NCBI GenBank assembly: GCA_964497095.1
Contig: CAZCCL010000002.1
Location: 10,492-62,277 of the forward strand
Length of the DNA: 51,786 bases
Reading direction: 5' to 3'
DNA from: an uncultured Gaiellales bacterium
Lineage (GTDB): Bacteria; Actinomycetota; Thermoleophilia; RBG-16-64-13
Positions 46,182-51,786 of this stretch are shown here, in pieces. Positions within the stretch are counted from its first letter, which is position 1. Every line of letters begins with the position of its first letter. The notes below the pieces were generated by a model. The model was not told where the DNA came from. It ran no database searches and was given only the letters and a program-made list of their open reading frames with translations. Made by a program: the position numbers and the translations under genes.

Positions 46182-46245
46182 GCGACGCCGCCTCCCAGCG
46201 ACGCCGCCTCCCAGCGACGCCGTCTGCTAACGACGCCGTCTGCGA
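46182..46245. repeat. 16-bp tandem repeat (x4) overlapping the helicase stop codon
   Basis: GCGACGCCGCCTCCCA twice, then GCGACGCCGTCTGCTA and ACGACGCCGTCTGCGA. Confidence 0.8.
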
Positions 46246-47519
46246 GCGCTGCCGTTGTAGACCAGCCGGGGCTTGGGCTTCTTGGCCGTCCGGTCCGGGT
46301 TGGGGATCAGTCGCTGCATGTAGGCGAAGTCATCGAGGTCGTGACAGGGCAGGGTCTCGCCCAGCATGACCTCGATCTCCCGTAGCTCGTTGGCCTGTTC
46401 CGCGGCTAGGAAGCTGATGGCGGTGCCGGCGGCTCCCGCTCGCGCCGTGCGACCGATGCGGTGGACGTAGTCCTGGGCCTGGGCCGGGAGGTCGTAGTTG
46501 ACGACGTGGGAAATGCGGTCGACATCGATCCCTCGGGCCACGATATCGGTGGCCACCAGGACTCGATACGTCCCGTTCTTGAAACCGTCGAGGGCTCGTT
46601 GCCGCTGCGCTTGGGTGCGGTTGGAGTGGATGGCCACTCCGTTGATACGGTTCCGTTCCAGGTGGCGGCAGACCCGGTCGGCACGATGCTTGGTGCGGGT
46701 GAAGACCAACACCCGGTCGAGCTTCTCCTGCTCCAGGAGGCGGACCAGGAGGTCGGTCTTCTGCATCTCGGCCACCGGGTAGACCGCCTGGGCGACGGTC
46801 TCGACGGGAGTGGCGCTGGGCGCCACCTCGATCCGGGTCGGGTCGTTCAGGATGGGCCCGGCCACGCGCATCACATGGTTCGAGAGCGTGGCCGAGAACA
46901 GCATGTTCTGCCGCACAGGCGGCAGGAGGTTGATGATGCGGCGCACATCGGGCCAGAAACCCATGTCGAGCATGCGATCGGCCTCGTCGAGAACCAGGAT
47001 CTCCACGTGGGAGAGATCGATCTCTCCGCGGTGGTGCAGGTCGAGTAGGCGTCCGGGAGTGGCCACCAGAAGGTCGACACCGCGACGCAGCTTCTTCAAC
47101 TGCGGGTCGTAGCCGACGCCTCCGTAGACCGCTGCTATGCGCCGTCCGGTGTATCGGGCGCAGGCTCGGGCCACTTCGTCTATCTGGCCGGCGAGCTCAC
47201 GGGTGGGAGTCACGACCAGGGTGTGGATGGCGGGACGGCCGTTTGTGCCGGGGCCCCCGCCGCCGGTGCGCGCTGGGCCGCCAGCGGGACCACCGTTGCC
47301 TGCCGCCGTGTCGGTGGTCACTCGACCACCCATCAGTTGTAGGGCGGGGAGGATGAAGGCGGCCGTCTTGCCGGTGCCGGTCTGGGCGCAGCCCAGGATG
47401 TCGCGTCCGGTGAGGGCGAGGGGGATCGCCTGCTCCTGGATGGGGGTGGGATCGGTGTAGCCGAGGCTGTGTACAGCCTTCAGAAGACCTGGCTCCAGGC
47501 CTAGTTCAGCGAAACTCAT
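46227..47519 (-). CDS. DEAD-box RNA helicase (RhlE-like)
   Basis: Q motif [36 protein letters not shown] and HRIGRT. Confidence 0.96.
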   Translation of the reverse strand: MSFAELGLEPGLLKAVHSLGYTDPTPIQEQAIPLALTGRDILGCAQTGTGKTAAFILPALQLMGGRVTTDTAAGNGGPAGGPARTGGGGPGTNGRPAIHTLVVTPTRELAGQIDEVARACARYTGRRIAAVYGGVGYDPQLKKLRRGVDLLVATPGRLLDLHHRGEIDLSHVEILVLDEADRMLDMGFWPDVRRIINLLPPVRQNMLFSATLSNHVMRVAGPILNDPTRIEVAPSATPVETVAQAVYPVAEMQKTDLLVRLLEQEKLDRVLVFTRTKHRADRVCRHLERNRINGVAIHSNRTQAQRQRALDGFKNGTYRVLVATDIVARGIDVDRISHVVNYDLPAQAQDYVHRIGRTARAGAAGTAISFLAAEQANELREIEVMLGETLPCHDLDDFAYMQRLIPNPDRTAKKPKPRLVYNGSARRRRR

Positions 47520-47720
47520 GTTGTGTCGAGCTCCTTGCCGTGCGTCTCGAGCGATGCACTGCGGTTGTAGACGCAGTTGATCCTATCGAGTCCTTGGGGA
47601 AGAGCGCGGGGGACAACCGAGTCTGTAGTAGTGTCGAGGCAGTATAGCCTATTTCGTCGGTGGTCTGCTCGACCGGTCCCGGAACGTCGGCTCCGGGGAT
47701 GGGGCGCAAGCTGCGCGCGG

Positions 47721-49559
47721 CTAGCGCTCCGGGATGACCGGCAGCACGACGTGCGACGCATGCTCCTTATCGTGATAGATGGTGTCCCGCCCCACCTTGA
47801 GGCCGTAGTAGTGGCCACCGAAGTCGAAGGCGTTCGAGTCGTAGCAGGCTAGATCCACCCTAATGCGGTGGCCCTTGAGGAAGCAGCACGAGGTGGCCCA
47901 GACTTCGATCTCGAACTTGTAGATCGTGTTGGGCTCGAGCGGCTTGGGTTCATCGTGCCGGTAGTACGGCCGGTAGGGCAGGCTCTTGGCCTCTTCCTTG
48001 GTGAAGGCATGTGACGCCCTGAGCCAGCCTCGGGTCAGCATCCGGCCGCGGGGGGCCATACCCGGTATCTGCTCGTCGTCGGGCAGTTGATCGGTGAGAC
48101 GCACGAAGAAGTCGGTGTCGGTCTGGTCGGAGGACGCCCAGAGATTGAGGACGATGCTCCCTATCACCTCCAGGTCCTCGGCGAGGGGCGCGCTCGCGAA
48201 GGTGAGGATCTTGCGCACCGGGTTGGGCACCCCGTCTTCCATGACCGCCGTCCCCAGACCGGAGAAGTGCGACCAGTCGGGGTCGGGGTAGTCGTAGCTG
48301 GTCGAACCGGCGGTCACCGCGGCCTCGGTCTCACCGGCGGCCACGATGTCCTCGGGCGCCCAAGCGGTCCGCGGTCTGCCCATGGCATCCACCGCGGGTC
48401 GGGCGGGGGCGGGGGGCGGGCCGGCCGCCGCCGCCGTCGGCGCTTCCCAGCTCAGGGCTCCATCGTTCAGCGATCCCACCGCGCCACTCGGTCCCGGCGC
48501 CAGATACAGGTTCCGATACTCCGTATCCGGGATGGGCCAATCCTTCTCCGGGCGGTAGACCTCGCGATTGCGCACGAACACCGTGACAGGGTCCTCATCC
48601 ATGAAACCGGTGTCGTTGCCCTTGAGCCAATGGTCGTACCAGCGCAAATGCAGCCACTGCATCTCTCGGGAGTTGAAGATGGCCATCTCATCGCCCTCGA
48701 AGTCTCCGTGGCAAAGGAGCAGTTTCTTGGGAGTGGTCACCATCTCGTAGCCCCGGATGTTGCCCCGTAGATGGATGCCGACCTTGTGCAGGATGCCGAT
48801 GCTGTAGACCGGTACCTGGATCTTGGTGAAGTCGGGGTTGCGGGTCTTCCAGAAGTCGTCGCAGGTGGGGTGGTGAATGACGTTCCAGGGGAGGTCCCAC
48901 TTGCCCACGTCGGGGGAGGGGCCGTACCTACCTAGACGGTAGTTCGCCCGGATCTCCGCGGTCCACCAGTTGGCGGGAAAGCCCAGAGCCATGATGCCCC
49001 CGTGGAAGGCCACATCCCGATACATATCCGCGCCTGCGTCGAAGGGGGCGATGCAGCACAGGTGGGGGGGCTGCATGGCGGCGGTGAACCATTGTACCCA
49101 GGCGAGCAGCGATTCCCCGATCATCCCGACTTTGCCCGTACACCAGGGCTGGACCGCGATCCACTCCACCATGTCGTAGAGATCGTTCTGCTCCTCTTGG
49201 CTGAAGAGTTGGAACTCGCCCTCCACGGACTTGCCGCTGCCTCGGATGTCCTGGTGCACGTACACGTAGCCCCGGGACACGAACCATTCGATGTCGTTGG
49301 TCTCGCGAAAGTGGTAGACGGGCCACTGCGGTAGGTACTCGAGGTCCTTCTGGTAGGCGCTGGTGGCGTAGAGAGCCGGGAACTCCCCAGGTGCATCCGG
49401 GCGGAAGATGTCACACGCCACCCGCACCCCGTCGCGCATGGTGACCATCACATCCCTCTCCACGACCATCTCGTATTCGGGCTTGCTCAGTTCGTCCGCA
49501 GGGAAGTCCTTGGGGAGCATGGTGGACATGATCTCGGGTTTGAGGATCTTGGTGTACAT
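47721..49559 (-). CDS. CocE/NonD family serine hydrolase
   Basis: MRDGV....D..RP, D.RG.G.S.G, QPWCTGKVGMIGES nucleophile elbow, C-terminal jelly-roll (GWLRAS, GHRIRVDL). Confidence 0.9.
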   Translation of the reverse strand: MYTKILKPEIMSTMLPKDFPADELSKPEYEMVVERDVMVTMRDGVRVACDIFRPDAPGEFPALYATSAYQKDLEYLPQWPVYHFRETNDIEWFVSRGYVYVHQDIRGSGKSVEGEFQLFSQEEQNDLYDMVEWIAVQPWCTGKVGMIGESLLAWVQWFTAAMQPPHLCCIAPFDAGADMYRDVAFHGGIMALGFPANWWTAEIRANYRLGRYGPSPDVGKWDLPWNVIHHPTCDDFWKTRNPDFTKIQVPVYSIGILHKVGIHLRGNIRGYEMVTTPKKLLLCHGDFEGDEMAIFNSREMQWLHLRWYDHWLKGNDTGFMDEDPVTVFVRNREVYRPEKDWPIPDTEYRNLYLAPGPSGAVGSLNDGALSWEAPTAAAAGPPPAPARPAVDAMGRPRTAWAPEDIVAAGETEAAVTAGSTSYDYPDPDWSHFSGLGTAVMEDGVPNPVRKILTFASAPLAEDLEVIGSIVLNLWASSDQTDTDFFVRLTDQLPDDEQIPGMAPRGRMLTRGWLRASHAFTKEEAKSLPYRPYYRHDEPKPLEPNTIYKFEIEVWATSCCFLKGHRIRVDLACYDSNAFDFGGHYYGLKVGRDTIYHDKEHASHVVLPVIPER

Positions 49560-49625
49560 TCGCTACCTCCTAGCGAGTCGGCAACGGATCCCAGAGCCCC
49601 GGCCTGCCGGCCGGTGGGCGTCAGC

Positions 49626-50651
49626 TCAGAGCGCGAACCCCAATCTGGCCGGATTCTCCTCGTAGATCATCGTCTGTTCGTCGGTGGATAGTCCGAGCCC
49701 GTCGAGAAACTCCCCGCTTTCCACGGTTGTCTCGTAGGGGTAGTCGGTCCCCAACATGATCTTCTCTATTCCCAGGGCGGCCCGGGTGCACTCGAAGGCG
49801 GCCGCCAGGAAGTTCCCGCTGGTGGTCGCGTACATGTTGCCGAGCAGGTACTCGCTGGGCCGCTTCTCGATTCCGGGCATGGATCCGGACCCTTTGGGCA
49901 CGTGGTACTGGAGGAAGGAGCGGTCCACCCGCTTGAGCAGGAAGGGGAGGGCTTCGCCGTAGTGGCCGAGAATGATCGTCAACTTGGGGAAGGCGTCGAA
50001 CACCCCGCTCAGGATCAGTCGCATCATGACGGTCGAGGTCTCGATCCCGAAGCCGAAACCGGGCCCGGCCAAGGCCAGACCGTAATCGGTCAGTTGGCGG
50101 ATCATGGGGAAGGTCGGATGCAGATAGACCGGCACGCCCAGTTCCTCGGCCTTGCCCAGTATGGGCCAGTAGCGTCTATCGTCCAGATAGGAGTCACCGA
50201 AGTTGGAGTGAGTGTTCCAACCTCGGAAGCCCAGGGCCTTGACGGCCCGCTCCAATTCCTTGACGGCCTCTTCCGGCTCTCTGGGACCGAGCGTGGCGAA
50301 GCCGAGATACCGGTCCGGATGGCGGTCGATGGCCTGGGCCAGTCTGTCGTTGGCGTCCTTCGCCAGGGCGGTGGCAACCTTGGGCTCCAGTTGCTCCAGC
50401 GCCGGCGCCGTATGGGAGAGCACCGCCACGTCGATGCCGATGGCGTCCATCGCCTGCAGGCGCCTTTCGTCGAGGTCGAGTAGTCGGTCCACCAGGGCGT
50501 CCCCGAAGGGCTGCCAGTAGTCGACCGAATGGTAGACATGGCGCTCGCCGGTCTCCCTGTCGTCCACGAAGCGGGGATAGCCCGGGTTCTTGTAGAGGGC
50601 GTCGATATAGGCTTCTGTGGCGAAGTGGTTCTCGGTGTCGATCTTCATCAA
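49626..50651 (-). CDS. Amidohydrolase_2 family protein (aromatic-acid decarboxylase-like)
   Basis: TENH, YLHP, GHYGEALPF, TTSG and GTDYPY motifs typical of the 2,3-dihydroxybenzoate/gamma-resorcylate decarboxylase-like group. Confidence 0.88.
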   Translation of the reverse strand: MMKIDTENHFATEAYIDALYKNPGYPRFVDDRETGERHVYHSVDYWQPFGDALVDRLLDLDERRLQAMDAIGIDVAVLSHTAPALEQLEPKVATALAKDANDRLAQAIDRHPDRYLGFATLGPREPEEAVKELERAVKALGFRGWNTHSNFGDSYLDDRRYWPILGKAEELGVPVYLHPTFPMIRQLTDYGLALAGPGFGFGIETSTVMMRLILSGVFDAFPKLTIILGHYGEALPFLLKRVDRSFLQYHVPKGSGSMPGIEKRPSEYLLGNMYATTSGNFLAAAFECTRAALGIEKIMLGTDYPYETTVESGEFLDGLGLSTDEQTMIYEENPARLGFAL

Positions 50652-50785
50652 GGCGTGTCCCCCGTGTTCGCTTCGATCATTGCGCGCGGCGTCGAGCCTT
50701 GCGTTACGGACCCGCAGGCTGTCCGTGATACTCGTGGCCTGCGGGTCCGGAAAGGGGGTGGGCGCTCCAGGATCAGCCCGCGCTG

Positions 50786-50840
50786 CTGATATCAGTAAGC
50801 GCTCACTCCGTTACCATACCCTGTCTGGGAGCATTGTCAA
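50786..50840 (-). promoter_or_regulatory. Promoter and operator for the amidohydrolase-CocE genes, embedded in the TetR 3' end
   Basis: TTGACA-16bp-TATGGT, followed by the imperfect palindrome AGTGAGCGCTTACT (50794-50807) and the perfect palindrome CTGATATCAG. Confidence 0.65.
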
Positions 50841-51474
50841 GCCGGACCGGCGAGGTGGCAATCGAGATGCTCTCCAGGATGCGGTCCAGCATCCGCTGGA
50901 CCCGGTCGGCGTCAGCATATTCGGTCAGTCCCATGAGATAGGAGATGTCCTGGGCCCAATACACGCTCACCAGTTCCCAGGCCAATTGTTCCGTGTCGAT
51001 CTCCGGCCTTATCACTCCCTGGGACTTTCCCTCGTCCAGTATGGCCGCGAGCGCATTGATGGACGATCGCTCTCTTTCGGCCAGGGCATCCCGAAGGCCG
51101 ACCTCAGGCGGAGCGGCCACGAATTCAAACAGGGGATAGACGTAGCCCTCTATCTCGGAAGAGACTATGGCCGAGTGGAGTCTGCCGATGGCCCGCAGGC
51201 GATCGAGGGCGTTCTCTTGGTCGGCGCTACGGATCACTTTGAAGACACGCTCGTACACCAGATCGAGCGCGGCCAGCAGCATCTCCGCGCGACTGGAGAA
51301 ATGCCGGTAAAGGGTGGCTTCGGACACCCCCGCCGCCGCCGCGATCCGGGAAGTAGTCGTCCCCTGGATGCCGTACCTGGCCACCACATCCATCGTCACT
51401 TCAACGATCTGTCTCTTGCGGTCGGGGGCGCTAAGCCGCCGGGTCCTCCCGGGCCCGGCGCCGGGCTTGGCCAT
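50803..51474 (-). CDS. TetR/AcrR family transcriptional regulator
   Basis: TTTSRIAAAAGVSEATLYRHFSSR HTH; start re-called at MAKPG. Confidence 0.92.
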   Translation of the reverse strand: MAKPGAGPGRTRRLSAPDRKRQIVEVTMDVVARYGIQGTTTSRIAAAAGVSEATLYRHFSSRAEMLLAALDLVYERVFKVIRSADQENALDRLRAIGRLHSAIVSSEIEGYVYPLFEFVAAPPEVGLRDALAERERSSINALAAILDEGKSQGVIRPEIDTEQLAWELVSVYWAQDISYLMGLTEYADADRVQRMLDRILESISIATSPVRLDNAPRQGMVTE

Positions 51475-51786
51475 GACGGCCGGTCTTGCGCGTTCTGCTC
51501 CGTTTCGCCTAGCGCTCGTGCCGGCTCCCTTCCTTCGCGTCGCAGCGGAACCACGGGCGCGGGGCCCGACCCGCGTTTCGGGTCGGAGCACCGCGCCTTG
51601 GAGGGCTGCTCTTGTCCGTGGTTGCCATCCTAGCTCATGAGGGTCGCTCGGTGCGAGCGGCTTTGACCCCGGAGGCTGTGGAGCGCGTGAGGCGAGGGCT
51701 AGGCCGAGGGCCGGCGGTCAACCCGTCAGCGGTGTACGCCGGCCCGCACACCAGCGCGTAAGTTAACCCCCCCGGCGACGCCACGG

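Overview
High-GC chromosomal region, mostly housekeeping genes mixed with accessory ones. Gene content and style suggest a deep-branching, probably Thermoleophilia-like actinomycete (inference only). The left part has a sensor-kinase tail, a Cys-rich secreted protein, ask and the tRNA-Ser / SRP RNA / dnaX-ybaB-recR neighbourhood. There the SRP RNA is the large Bacillus-type form with an Alu domain, and a CPA2 antiporter sits between ffs and dnaX. Next come a CLN6-like membrane protein beside a steroid 5-alpha-reductase homolog (a MITE-like element lies between them), ABC/AEC/MFS transporters, a HAD + AIR-synthase-like fusion and a MarR operon. A triple-FHA ABC exporter is paired with a TPR receptor Ser/Thr kinase, followed by a luciferase-less thioesterase-LuxE-LuxC operon. 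The right part has SPFH/RHH/aminopeptidase genes, a collapsed flavoprotein disulfide-reductase pseudogene, a Dpp/Opp ABC importer, a CtpE-like P-type ATPase with a PQGL motif, GNATs, purC, a DEAD-box helicase and a TetR-amidohydrolase-CocE cluster. No CRISPR array, rRNA, integrase or transposase was seen. The best candidates for undescribed biology are the thioesterase-LuxE-LuxC operon and the CLN6-like/SRD5A-like gene pair. All family calls come from motif recognition by eye; no searches were run.
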